Position numbers and translations under genes: made by a program
In this document: in pieces, positions 48,809 to 59,721 of the stretch
Layout of the letters: every line of letters begins with the position of its first letter
Numbering within the stretch: the first letter of the stretch is position 1
Notes under the pieces: generated by a model
The model's input: only the letters and a program-made list of their open reading frames with translations
Database searches by the model: none
Told to the model about the DNA's origin: nothing
Source of the DNA: an uncultured Chloroflexia bacterium
GTDB taxonomy: Bacteria > Chloroflexota > Limnocylindria > Limnocylindrales > CSP1-4
Assembly (NCBI GenBank): GCA_963819655.1
Contig: CAWFXA010000003.1
Coordinates: 192,149-256,148, forward strand
DNA: 64,000 nucleotides
Direction: 5' to 3'

Positions 48809-51019
48809 ATGCGTTGTCCGTCGTGCGGGGTCGCGGCAGGGGACGACGCAAGGTACTGCGCGCAATGCGGGAATCCGATCGAGCGATCGGACGCCCCGAG
48901 CGGTGACGGCGATGGCACGGCAGGGCGGACCACACCAGGGCCGCCGGGCGCGCTGAGCCCGCTATCGACGACGTCGGGAGACCGACGGATCGTCACCGCC
49001 CTCTTCGCCGACCTGGTCGACTACGTGCGCATGCTCGCCGAGCACGATCCCGAAGTGGTGCGAGCGCGGGTGACGGTGGCGCTCGGCACGATGGCAGCGG
49101 CCGTCGAGCGCTTCGAGGGGACGCGCGAGAAATTCATCGGCGATGCGCTCTTCGCCGTCTTCGGCTGGCCGCGGGCACACGACGACGACGCGGTCCGTGC
49201 CTCGCTGGCCGCCCTCGCCATCCGCACCGGGCTGCAGGACCTCGGCATGGGCGGTGAGCCGATGGACGTCCGGATCGGTCTCGCGACCGGTGAGGTCGTG
49301 GCCGCCGCGGCGGCGCCGCTGGACGGTGACCTGCGTCTGACCGGCGAGGCCATCACGACGGCGGCGCGGATCCAGTCGATGGCCCGACCGGGCGAGATCC
49401 TGCTCGACGATGCCACCAGACAGGCAGCGCGGGGCAGGCTGGCCACCGACACGCGTGGAGAGGTCGTCCTCCGCGGCCAGTCGACCGCCATCGAGCTGCA
49501 CGCGCTCCGCGGCGAGGCGGGCATGAGCGCGTGGCTCCCGTACCGCGCCGCGTCGCCGGGTCCGCTCGTCGGGCGCGAGGATGAGCTTGCGACGATCGCG
49601 GCTGCGCTCGAACGAACGCGGCGGACCGGCCACGGTGTCGCGCTCGTCATCGAGGGCGAGGCCGGGATGGGCAAGTCGCGCCTCCTGACGGCCGTCGAGG
49701 CCGCCGCCCGCGACGTGGGCTTTGCGTGGACGTGGACCGAGAACGTGTCCTACGGCCGCGGCGAGCCGTACCGCTGGGCTCGCCTGTTCGCCCAGGTCAT
49801 CGCCGACGAGCACGGCGTCGATTCGGGCTCGCTCGTGCGCCGTTTCATCTTCACGGACGACCTGTCGCCCGAGACCGTCAGGCGCTTCGGCGGGGCGATC
49901 GCCGCGATCGCCCGCGATGCCGCGTTCTCCGGCTGGGAGGCGGAGTCCGCCGACGTGCCCGCGGACCCGGCCGAGGTGAACGCCACGTTGGCCGAGGTCG
50001 CCGCGCGCTACGTCGATCGGCTGTTCGAATCGACAGGGCCCCGTGTGATCGTGATCGACGACCTGCACTGGCTCGATCCATCGAGCGTCGGGCTGGTCGA
50101 CCTCGTCGTGGAGAGAACCGTGGACCACCCGGTCCTTATCCTCGCGGCGACCCGCCCCGGGCCACTCCCCGGCTGGGCGACACGCGACTCGACCACCCGA
50201 GTGCGGCTCAACGGCCTGGCCGAGCCCGATACGGCCCGGCTGGCCACCCTCGTCGCTCGGGCGGCGGTCGATGCTGAAGGAGTCCGCAGCATCCACGAAC
50301 GGACCGGCGGGAACCCGCTCTTCGTCGGCGAGACCGTGCGCGCCTTCCTCCAGGACGGCACGCTTCAATGGCGGGACGGCCGGCTGGCATTGATCGGGAG
50401 CGGCGGGTCGCGTATCCCCGTGACCCTGCGGGCCGTGCTGGGCGCGCGTATCGATGCGATGCCATCTGCCGCTCGCGAAGCGCTCGGCGTCGCGTCGATC
50501 ATCGGGATCACGTTTCGGCCATCCCTCGTCGAGGAGTTGCTCGACCATCCGCTCGAGCAGGGAGCGTTCGATCTGCTCGCCGAGAGCGCGTTGATCGCGC
50601 CGATCGATGACGACCATTGGCGATTCGCTCACGCGCTCATCCACGACGCCGCGTACGCGGGGCTCCTGGCCAGTCGGCGACGCACGCTCCACACTCGACT
50701 GGCCGATCGGCTCGAACGTCGCGGGGGGGTGCCGGCTACGGGTCAGATCGCTGCCCACCGCGTGGCAGCGGGCGACGCACCGCGAGCGATTCCGCTGCTG
50801 CGCGAAGCGGGCGAGAGCGCGCTCGCGTTGGGTGCCGTCGCGGAGGCGGCGGCCTATTGGCAGCAGGCGGCCGACCTCGCAGCGAGCGACGACCCGGACG
50901 GCGCCGCGCGGGATCGGCTGCGGGCGAGCGAGGCCGTTGAAGCATCGAGCTTGCTCCGCGACGCGACAGCGGCGTCCTCGGCTACTGCCCCATCGGCCGC
51001 GGGTCCCGCCCCGATCTAG
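48809..51019 (+). CDS. zinc-ribbon / class III adenylyl-guanylyl cyclase / AAA ATPase multidomain signalling protein
   Basis: N-terminal CPSCG..CAQCG zinc ribbon. Cyclase domain RIVTALFADLVDYV ... FIGDALFAVFG. AAA P-loop LVIEGEAGMGKSRLL. Helical repeat-like C-terminus. Confidence 0.75.
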   Translation: MRCPSCGVAAGDDARYCAQCGNPIERSDAPSGDGDGTAGRTTPGPPGALSPLSTTSGDRRIVTALFADLVDYVRMLAEHDPEVVRARVTVALGTMAAAVERFEGTREKFIGDALFAVFGWPRAHDDDAVRASLAALAIRTGLQDLGMGGEPMDVRIGLATGEVVAAAAAPLDGDLRLTGEAITTAARIQSMARPGEILLDDATRQAARGRLATDTRGEVVLRGQSTAIELHALRGEAGMSAWLPYRAASPGPLVGREDELATIAAALERTRRTGHGVALVIEGEAGMGKSRLLTAVEAAARDVGFAWTWTENVSYGRGEPYRWARLFAQVIADEHGVDSGSLVRRFIFTDDLSPETVRRFGGAIAAIARDAAFSGWEAESADVPADPAEVNATLAEVAARYVDRLFESTGPRVIVIDDLHWLDPSSVGLVDLVVERTVDHPVLILAATRPGPLPGWATRDSTTRVRLNGLAEPDTARLATLVARAAVDAEGVRSIHERTGGNPLFVGETVRAFLQDGTLQWRDGRLALIGSGGSRIPVTLRAVLGARIDAMPSAAREALGVASIIGITFRPSLVEELLDHPLEQGAFDLLAESALIAPIDDDHWRFAHALIHDAAYAGLLASRRRTLHTRLADRLERRGGVPATGQIAAHRVAAGDAPRAIPLLREAGESALALGAVAEAAAYWQQAADLAASDDPDGAARDRLRASEAVEASSLLRDATAASSATAPSAAGPAPI

Positions 51020-51048
51020 CGCCTTCTCGCCACCTGTCCGGCCCGCGT

Positions 51049-51915
51049 CTAGCCGGCTGCGCCCTTGAGATCGACGCGACGCGTCGCGGGCGCCCGTGCC
51101 GTGGCGTCACGTGTCCGACCACGGACATCGTTCTCCGGTCGGACCGTGATCGTCAGCCCGTCGACCGCGGTACGGACCCATGGCCCGGCCGCGGCACACA
51201 TCGCGTCCATCTCGGGCTTGCGCGCCGGGCCGTAGTGGACCAGGACGGCAGATCGCACCTCGGCTCGTCGCGCGAGCTCGATGGCCTCTTCGGGGGTCAG
51301 GTGGCCCCGCTCCGGGTCGTCGTGGGCAGCGAGCCCCAGGGCGCTCTCGACGAGCAGCAGATCGGCGCCGCGCACGCCGTCCTCGACCGATGCCGACGGA
51401 CCGGTGTCGCCGGTGTAGGCCAGGCGCGACCCGTCGGGCGCATCGACCACCACGCCCCAGGCGGGGACGTAATGGCGGCCCTGGACGAACCGCAGGCGGA
51501 GGTCACCGATCTGAAGCATCTGCGCCGGGTCGTATTCGACGGCTGTGAAGGCGGCATCGAAGAAGCCGACCCGTTCACTCACGGCGTTCGCGAGCGCGTC
51601 GAGGCGCGGCCGGCCGCCCGGCGGCAGGTAGATCGGCAGCGGCACGGGCGCCGGTTCGCCCCACGGATACAGATAGCGCAGCCCGACGATGTCGAGGTAA
51701 TGGTCGGCGTGCATGTGGCCGATGACGATGGCCGAGAGGTCGTGCGGATCGAGCACCTTCTGCAGGTTTCGGATCACGCCCTGACCGCAATCGAGCAGGA
51801 TCGCGGTCGATCCCCATTCGACCAGGAATCCGGCCGTCGGCGTGGCCGGGTGGGGGGCCGCCGTGCTGCAGCCGAGCACGGTCAAACGGAGGCGATCACC
51901 GAGCGTGTTCCTCAT
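51049..51915 (-). CDS. MBL-fold metallo-hydrolase
   Basis: HMHADH motif plus downstream YTGDTG and VESALG elements of the beta-lactamase fold. Confidence 0.7.
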   Translation of the reverse strand: MRNTLGDRLRLTVLGCSTAAPHPATPTAGFLVEWGSTAILLDCGQGVIRNLQKVLDPHDLSAIVIGHMHADHYLDIVGLRYLYPWGEPAPVPLPIYLPPGGRPRLDALANAVSERVGFFDAAFTAVEYDPAQMLQIGDLRLRFVQGRHYVPAWGVVVDAPDGSRLAYTGDTGPSASVEDGVRGADLLLVESALGLAAHDDPERGHLTPEEAIELARRAEVRSAVLVHYGPARKPEMDAMCAAAGPWVRTAVDGLTITVRPENDVRGRTRDATARAPATRRVDLKGAAG

Positions 51916-51981
51916 GGCGGCATGCTAGAAGGCCGCGTTGCAGGGGTGTGTCGCCATTCGGACACGTTTACCATCGGCCAC

Positions 51982-52680
51982 ATGCTGGTAGGACGTCCGG
52001 TCCTTGACGCGTTGGCAACGATCCCGTTCTTCGCGGGTCTCGACCCGGCCGCCCTCGAACGGGTCGCGGCCGGGATGCGCTCGCGCCGGTTCAAGCGCGG
52101 CGAGGTGATCTTCCACATCGGCGATCCGGGTGATGCGCTGTTCGTGATGGTCGATGGCGAGGTGAAGATCTCGCTGCCCTCGGAGACCGGCGAGGAGGCG
52201 TTCCTGGCGACCCTGCGCAAAGGCGACGTGTTCGGCGAGCTGGCGCTGCTCGATGGAGCGCCGCGGTCGGCGACCGCCACCGCGATAAGCGCCACCGAGA
52301 CCGTGGTGCTGCCCCGTGACCGTTTCCGCGAGCTCATCGCGACCGAAGCCGGCGTGCGCGACGCCCTCCTCGCGTCCATCGCGGGGGAGCTGCGACGCCT
52401 CACGACGCACGTGGAGGAGCTCCATTTCCTGGATATCACGGGACGCCTGGCGGCGCGGCTCGTCCGCCTGGCCCAGGAAGGCGGGACGAGGCTGCCCGAT
52501 GGCGGCATCCGGCTGCGTACGAACCTGACCCAGGGCGACCTTGCGGCGATGGTGGGCTGCACGCGCCAGAGCGTGAACAAGCTGCTCGGGCAGTTCACCG
52601 ATGACGGCTTGATCCGCCTCGAGCGCGAGGGGATCGTCATCAGCGACGTCGAGGGCCTGACGGCGACGTCGCGACGCTAA
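51982..52680 (+). CDS. Crp/Fnr-family transcriptional regulator (cNMP-binding + HTH)
   Basis: cNMP-binding motifs GDALFVMVDGEVKI and FGELALLDG ... RSATATA. C-terminal HTH TQGDLAAMVGCTRQSVNKLL. Confidence 0.8.
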   Translation: MLVGRPVLDALATIPFFAGLDPAALERVAAGMRSRRFKRGEVIFHIGDPGDALFVMVDGEVKISLPSETGEEAFLATLRKGDVFGELALLDGAPRSATATAISATETVVLPRDRFRELIATEAGVRDALLASIAGELRRLTTHVEELHFLDITGRLAARLVRLAQEGGTRLPDGGIRLRTNLTQGDLAAMVGCTRQSVNKLLGQFTDDGLIRLEREGIVISDVEGLTATSRR

Positions 52681-52721
52681 GAGCGCCGTCACCGACTACC
52701 GCGTTGCTCGAGGAGACGTGG

Positions 52722-53954
52722 TCAGGACTCCTGGCGCAACGCCTCGAACAGCGTCGCCGCCGCGATCAGCGCGGCCTGGCTCCGCCCCATGGCGCCCCCG
52801 AGGTACGTCGTGCGGGTCTGCCGGCGCTCGCGTTCGGGCGTCACGACCGCGACGCTGACCGCGAGCTCGCTGCCACGCGGCCGGGCACGGACCGCCATGC
52901 CGACGTCGACCTGGCCGGAGGCGCGCACCCGCCCGGCCCGATCCAGTAGCCCGCCTCCGTCCTCCTCACCCGCACGCGGACCCGCACCGGAGCCCGGGTG
53001 CCCCGCCTCGCCCGGGTGCGCCTCGACGAGTGCGAGCCACGGCACATCACCGAACAGCGCCGCGACCTGCCCACCCGTCCCGGTCTCGTCGACCGCGAGG
53101 CGCCAGTCGAGCGCGCCAAGCCGCATCCCGAGCGCATCGGCCCAGGTGGTGTCTCCCTCGGCCCAGATGTAGGCTCCGAGGCGCTCACGGACGAGTGCCG
53201 CAGCCTCCTCGACGCGGATCTCGGCGCTCGCCCCCTGGGCGTCAGGCCCCGTGGCGCTCACCCGGACATCGACGGCCTCGAGGCGCGCGTACGTGGCGAT
53301 CTCCGGGTCCTGGCGTCGCAGGAGATCCTCGCCAAGGATCTCGGCCACCGTCGACTCCCCGATCCCGGTCAACCGGTACGTCCTGATGGCGGATTCCGAC
53401 CCGAGACCGCGCGCCCGAAGCCGGGGAAGAACCTCATCCGACCACATCGGACGCATCTCGCGCGGCGGGCCGGGCAGCGCGACCGCGACGCCACCGTCCG
53501 GTCGGCTCACGAACCAGCCCGGGGCCGAGCCATTCGGGTTGGCGAGCGGCTCACACGATGGGATCCGCCACGCCTGCTTGAGATTGCTCTCGGGGAACGG
53601 CATGCCACGCCGCTCCCAGCGGGCACGCAGCCACGCCTCGATCTCGGGGTCGACGGTGACCGTCTCACCGAGGGCGCCCGCGATCGATTCGCGGGTCAGG
53701 TCATCGGGCGTCGGGCCGAGGCCGCCCGTGCTGACGACGAGATCGTCACGTTCGAAGGCCGCGACGAACGCCTCAGTGACGACATCGAGGCGGTCGGGGA
53801 GGGCCTCGATCCGGCGCACGGTGACGCCCTCCTGCGTCAGCGCGCGCGCGAGCTCGCCCGCGTTCGTGTCACGCGTTTCGCCGACCAGTAGCTCGGAGCC
53901 GATGCTGAGGATCGACGCCGTTCGGAGGGGGCGGACGGAGGCCGGCGTCGACAT
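52722..53954 (-). CDS. cinA: CinA-family competence/damage-inducible protein (MocF-like + nicotinamide-nucleotide amidohydrolase domains)
   Basis: N-terminus SILSIGSELLVGETRDTNAGELARAL (MoCF-biosynthesis-like domain) and a C-terminal CinA domain. Confidence 0.85.
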   Translation of the reverse strand: MSTPASVRPLRTASILSIGSELLVGETRDTNAGELARALTQEGVTVRRIEALPDRLDVVTEAFVAAFERDDLVVSTGGLGPTPDDLTRESIAGALGETVTVDPEIEAWLRARWERRGMPFPESNLKQAWRIPSCEPLANPNGSAPGWFVSRPDGGVAVALPGPPREMRPMWSDEVLPRLRARGLGSESAIRTYRLTGIGESTVAEILGEDLLRRQDPEIATYARLEAVDVRVSATGPDAQGASAEIRVEEAAALVRERLGAYIWAEGDTTWADALGMRLGALDWRLAVDETGTGGQVAALFGDVPWLALVEAHPGEAGHPGSGAGPRAGEEDGGGLLDRAGRVRASGQVDVGMAVRARPRGSELAVSVAVVTPERERRQTRTTYLGGAMGRSQAALIAAATLFEALRQES

Positions 53955-54146
53955 CGATGCAGCGTAACGGTCCCGCGAGGCGCGCAGGGTGTCGGGTGGG
54001 GTGTCTGCCATTCACACGCTGCTATCATCCGAGCCGACCCGGTCGCGCTCGTGACCGCCCGATCCCCGAGCTGGAGCAGCATCCTGGACGCCCAACCGCC
54101 GCCCCGGTCGGTACCACCCCGGGGCCTGCGCTCATCGATCGTGTCG

Positions 54147-54899
54147 ATGCGCGATTCCGCGCTTCGACTCGTCAAGGCGCACATCGATCTTGCGAGGGCA
54201 GAAGCCGCCGCGATCGCCGGCGAGGTCCAGAAGGTCGCGGCGCTCATCGGGATCGCGATCGGCATCGTCCTGTTCGCGATCATCCTGGCGGTCATCGGCA
54301 TGTCGCTCTTCCTGGGCGAATGGATCCTCGGCTCGCTCGGCTGGGGCGTGCTGCATGGCGTCCAGCTGTTCGTGGCGATCGCGATCGCCTCCGTCCTCCT
54401 CGCCCTGGGCGTGAGCGGCGGGCGGATCGCCGGGGCCTTCGTGATCGCGCTCGTGATCGGCGTCGTCGTCGGCGTGGTGATGGCGCTCGGCCTGCCGAAC
54501 CAGGCCTACACCTCGATCGGTGGATCGGCACTCCCCGGGATCGAGCCGGGCGTGCGTCCGCTGTTCGTCGGCGTACTCATCGTGGGCGGCTTCGGCCTGC
54601 TGGTCGGGCTCATCGCCGCGTTCCGTGGCGGCGGGGCGGGAGCCGCCATCGGCGGGCTCCTCGTCGGCGTCGTGATCGGCGCCATCTCGGCGGTGGATTC
54701 CGGGCCGCAGGTCGGCGCCGGGATCGGCATCGCAGTGGGCTACCTCATGTGGATCGGCCTGATGGTCCTTGACGTGTCGCGATCCGGCATCGACATCGAG
54801 GCCTTCACGGCGCGCTTCTATCCGACCCAGACCATCGAGACAAGCAAGGAGACGCTCGAGTGGCTGAAGAGCAAGATGCCGCCCGGGACCGGGTCCTAG
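54147..54899 (+). CDS. putative holin-X-like (phage holin family 3_6) membrane protein
   Basis: MRDSALRLVKAHIDLARAEAAAIAGEVQKVAALIGIAIGIVLFA followed by several Gly/Val-rich TM helices. The ORF-track start at 54051 adds a low-complexity extension. Confidence 0.45.
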   Translation: MRDSALRLVKAHIDLARAEAAAIAGEVQKVAALIGIAIGIVLFAIILAVIGMSLFLGEWILGSLGWGVLHGVQLFVAIAIASVLLALGVSGGRIAGAFVIALVIGVVVGVVMALGLPNQAYTSIGGSALPGIEPGVRPLFVGVLIVGGFGLLVGLIAAFRGGGAGAAIGGLLVGVVIGAISAVDSGPQVGAGIGIAVGYLMWIGLMVLDVSRSGIDIEAFTARFYPTQTIETSKETLEWLKSKMPPGTGS

Positions 54900-55522
54900 A
54901 GGCGCGAGCGGCCCTCGACCAGGAGCTGACGACGCTCCAGGGGTCGGTGCGCGCCGCGGTCGACATCCCCGCGAAGGTTCGCCAGAGCCCCGTGAAGGTC
55001 GCCGCGGTCGCGGCTGGGATCGGTTTCGTGCTGCTGCGCGGGCCCCAGCGGCTGTGGTCCGCCTTCCGGCGAGCGGTGTTCGGGCGGCGAGCGCCGATGC
55101 CCAAGCGCATGCTGCCCGACGAGATCGAGAAGACCCTCGCCAAGATGGGTGACGACGGCGAGAAGGTGCGCGGAACGCTCGAGCGGGATTTCGCCGAGTA
55201 CGTCAAGCAAGCCCAGAAGAGGCGCGGGATCGGCCTCATTCCCATCGTTGTGCTCGCCTTCGCTCGGCCGATGCTTGCCCTTGCCGGCCGGCGCCTGACG
55301 GAATACCTGTTCTCGCAGAACCCGGAGGGCACCGGCACCCGGTTCGACGAGCTGCGAGCGAAGGCCGCCTTGAAGGGCGAGGAGGCCAGGGTCCAGGCGG
55401 GCGCCAAGGTCGACGAGGCGGCGGCGACGGCAGAGCGGGCCGCCGACCCCGCCAAGGAACGCGTGGACGGAGGGCGCGACGAGGGTCCGCCGTCGGGCCA
55501 GGGATCACCGACCAGGGTCTGA
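54860..55522 (+). CDS. DUF3618-like coiled-coil/TM protein
   Basis: N-terminal helical region EEQDAARDRVLEARAALDQELTTLQGSV followed by TM segment VAAVAAGIGFVLL. Overlaps the previous gene 3' end. Confidence 0.4.
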   Translation: MAEEQDAARDRVLEARAALDQELTTLQGSVRAAVDIPAKVRQSPVKVAAVAAGIGFVLLRGPQRLWSAFRRAVFGRRAPMPKRMLPDEIEKTLAKMGDDGEKVRGTLERDFAEYVKQAQKRRGIGLIPIVVLAFARPMLALAGRRLTEYLFSQNPEGTGTRFDELRAKAALKGEEARVQAGAKVDEAAATAERAADPAKERVDGGRDEGPPSGQGSPTRV

Positions 55523-55604
55523 ATCGGGACGTGCGCCGGGCGCCGCGGCCAGCGTGCCCGGCGCCTCGGCCTTGTCGCGGATGCCTCGGCTAGACTGGGC
55601 GCGC

Positions 55605-55692
55605 GGGCGAGTGGCGGAATGGCAGACGCGCCGGCCTTAGGAGCCGGTGCCGCGTGAGCGGCGTAGAGGTTCGACCCCTCTCTCGCCTACCA
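55605..55692 (+). tRNA. tRNA-Leu (anticodon UAG), type II with long variable arm, CCA encoded
   Basis: Acceptor GGGCGAG/CUCGCCU, D-arm GCG-GAAUGGCAGA-CGC, anticodon stem CCGGC/GCCGG with loop CUUAGGA, variable arm UGCCGCGUGAGCGGCGU, T-arm AGAGG-UUCGACC-CCUCU, discriminator A, CCA. TAGACT -10 hexamer at 55591-55596. Confidence 0.85.
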
Positions 55693-55767
55693 CCAGAACC
55701 GGGACGGGACAAGCCTCCCGAACCGCGTCCCGGACCCTCCCTGAGCCCAGCCCTATACTCCCCATCG

Positions 55768-57213
55768 ATGCAGATCACCCGTACTCCCGCCCCCAAGTCG
55801 ACCGTCCAGCTCCAGATCGAGCTGCCCCCGGATCGACTCGACCGTGCCCTCGACGCGGCGGTTCGCGCCCTCGCGCGCCGGACGCGCATCCCCGGCTTCC
55901 GCCCAGGCAAGGCGCCGCGCCCCGTCCTGGAGCGGCACCTCGGTCCCGGCGTCGTCATGGACGAGGCCGTCGATCACCTCATGCAGGACGCCTATCGCGA
56001 GGCGCTCGTCAAGGAGGACATCCTCCCGCTGACGAACGCCGACGTCGAAGTCGTCCAGGCCGAGGAGGGCAAGCCGCTGATCTTCAAGGCGACAGTGCCG
56101 GTGCGGCCGGAGGTGAAGCTCGGCGACTACCGGGACTTCAACTTCACGCCCGAGGTCGAGACGATCGACGACGCCCGGGTCGACCAGGTCGTCGAGGAGC
56201 TACGCGACCAGAACGCGACGCTGGCAGCTGTCGAGGACCGTGGCGCGAAGGACGGCGACTATGCGGTCATCTCGTTCGTCGGCACCCGCGACGGCCAGCC
56301 CTTCGATGGCGGGACGTCCGAGCGGATGCCGCTCATCCTCGGGCAGGAGCGCCTGATCCCGGGCTTCGAGACGAACCTGATCGGGCTCAAGGTCGGTGCC
56401 ACCACCGAATTCGATATCACGTTCCCGGACGACTACCCGGAGCCGGAGATGGCCGGCAAGTCAGCCCACTTCAGCGTCGAGCTCAAGGAGCTCCGCGAGA
56501 AGATCCTGCCGGACCTCGACGAGGACTTCCTGGCCAGCCTCGGGAGTTTCGAGTCGATCGACGCACTCAAGGCCGACGTCAAGACACGGCTCGAGGGAAA
56601 TGCCATCGACCGCGCCCGCCACCAGTTCGCCGACCGGATCATCGAATACGCAGTCGCCAACGCGACCGTCGAGCTACCCGAAGTGCTGATCGACCAGGAG
56701 GTCGAGGTCATGCACGACGAGTTCAAGGGCTCGCTCGCGCGCCAGGGCATCAGCGAGGAGGCCTATCTCAAGGCGGTCGACAAGACCGCCGACGACCTCC
56801 ATGCCGAGTTCCGGCCGAATGCGGAGCGACGGGCCAAGACCTTGCTCGTCCTCTCGAAGATCGCCGATACCGAGAATCTCACGGTGCCCGACGCCGATGT
56901 CGAGGCCGAGGTGGCCCAGGGACGGGAGCGCTACGCTGGCGATGCGCGCCTCCAGGAGTACTTCGAATCGGAGCGCGGCCGCGCGTTCATCCGGAGCACC
57001 CTGCGACGGAGCCGTGTCGTGGAGCGACTCATCGACGAGTGGCTGGCCGCCCACCCCGACCACCAGCCACTCCCACACCTCGAGGACGCGCCGGGGTCGG
57101 CGGTCGCGGACGGGGGGGCCCAGGCCAACGCGGCGATCGGGGCGACCGACCCAGGCACCGTCATCGACAGCCGAGACAGCACACCGGTCGACGAGCCAGC
57201 CACGGCGGGCTGA
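55768..57213 (+). CDS. tig: trigger factor
   Basis: N-terminal ribosome-binding region IPGFRPGKAPRPVLE (GFRxGxxP signature), PPIase and C-terminal domains. 481 aa. Confidence 0.9.
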   Translation: MQITRTPAPKSTVQLQIELPPDRLDRALDAAVRALARRTRIPGFRPGKAPRPVLERHLGPGVVMDEAVDHLMQDAYREALVKEDILPLTNADVEVVQAEEGKPLIFKATVPVRPEVKLGDYRDFNFTPEVETIDDARVDQVVEELRDQNATLAAVEDRGAKDGDYAVISFVGTRDGQPFDGGTSERMPLILGQERLIPGFETNLIGLKVGATTEFDITFPDDYPEPEMAGKSAHFSVELKELREKILPDLDEDFLASLGSFESIDALKADVKTRLEGNAIDRARHQFADRIIEYAVANATVELPEVLIDQEVEVMHDEFKGSLARQGISEEAYLKAVDKTADDLHAEFRPNAERRAKTLLVLSKIADTENLTVPDADVEAEVAQGRERYAGDARLQEYFESERGRAFIRSTLRRSRVVERLIDEWLAAHPDHQPLPHLEDAPGSAVADGGAQANAAIGATDPGTVIDSRDSTPVDEPATAG

Positions 57214-57261
57214 GCGACCGAATCCCCAAGCAGCCACACGGAATCACCCAGGAGATCCCAG

Positions 57262-57954
<693 letters not shown>

Positions 57955-57973
57955 GGACAAGGACAACGAACAC

Positions 57974-59284
<1,311 letters not shown>

Positions 59285-59376
59285 TCGGGGAGCGCCGCGT
59301 GACGGCGCCGCCTTTTGGGCAGCGCCCTCCGCGGGCCGTTGGCGGCGCCGATTCTGATCCCACCAGACGTTTCGGG

Positions 59377-59403
59377 GCTCCGAGGGCCATATGCCCTCGG
59401 AGC
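59377..59403. terminator. near-perfect 27-bp palindrome/hairpin (10-13 bp GC-rich stem around CATATG) in the clpX-ftsZ convergent spacer; candidate bidirectional terminator or protein-binding site
   Basis: GCTCCGAGGG-CCATATG-CCCTCGGAGC, 93 nt after the clpX stop. No U-tract. Confidence 0.3.
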
Positions 59404-59721
59404 ACTCTGCCAGCCACGCTCGTGGCGGTCCATCCACGCACCGGATCACGCGGCCGACGACCGTTATGCGGCCCGCTGGCCTGGATCGTCTGCTCCCAGC
59501 AGAAATGTGGGAGTCATGGGTCGGTGACGAGCGTGGGCGCGGGTCCGCCCCGCACTCGGGACGCGATCATCCGGTCGCGGCGCGAGCGCGAGGCTGCCGC
59601 TCCTGGAGGCGACGCGTCGACGCGTTCGGTCGGGCGCCACGGGAGGTCAGGGTACGCGAGGCCTTCCTCGCCGAGTCGCCCTCGAACCAGACGATCTCGA
59701 CGCAAAGGCCTGACTGCCGCG

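Noticed and set aside
59285-59721. ORFs 59391-59831(+), 59514-59801(-), 59155-59847(+) in the clpX-ftsZ spacer
   Set aside because: Arg-rich, no start context, mutually overlapping. The spacer more likely carries only terminator or regulatory structure.
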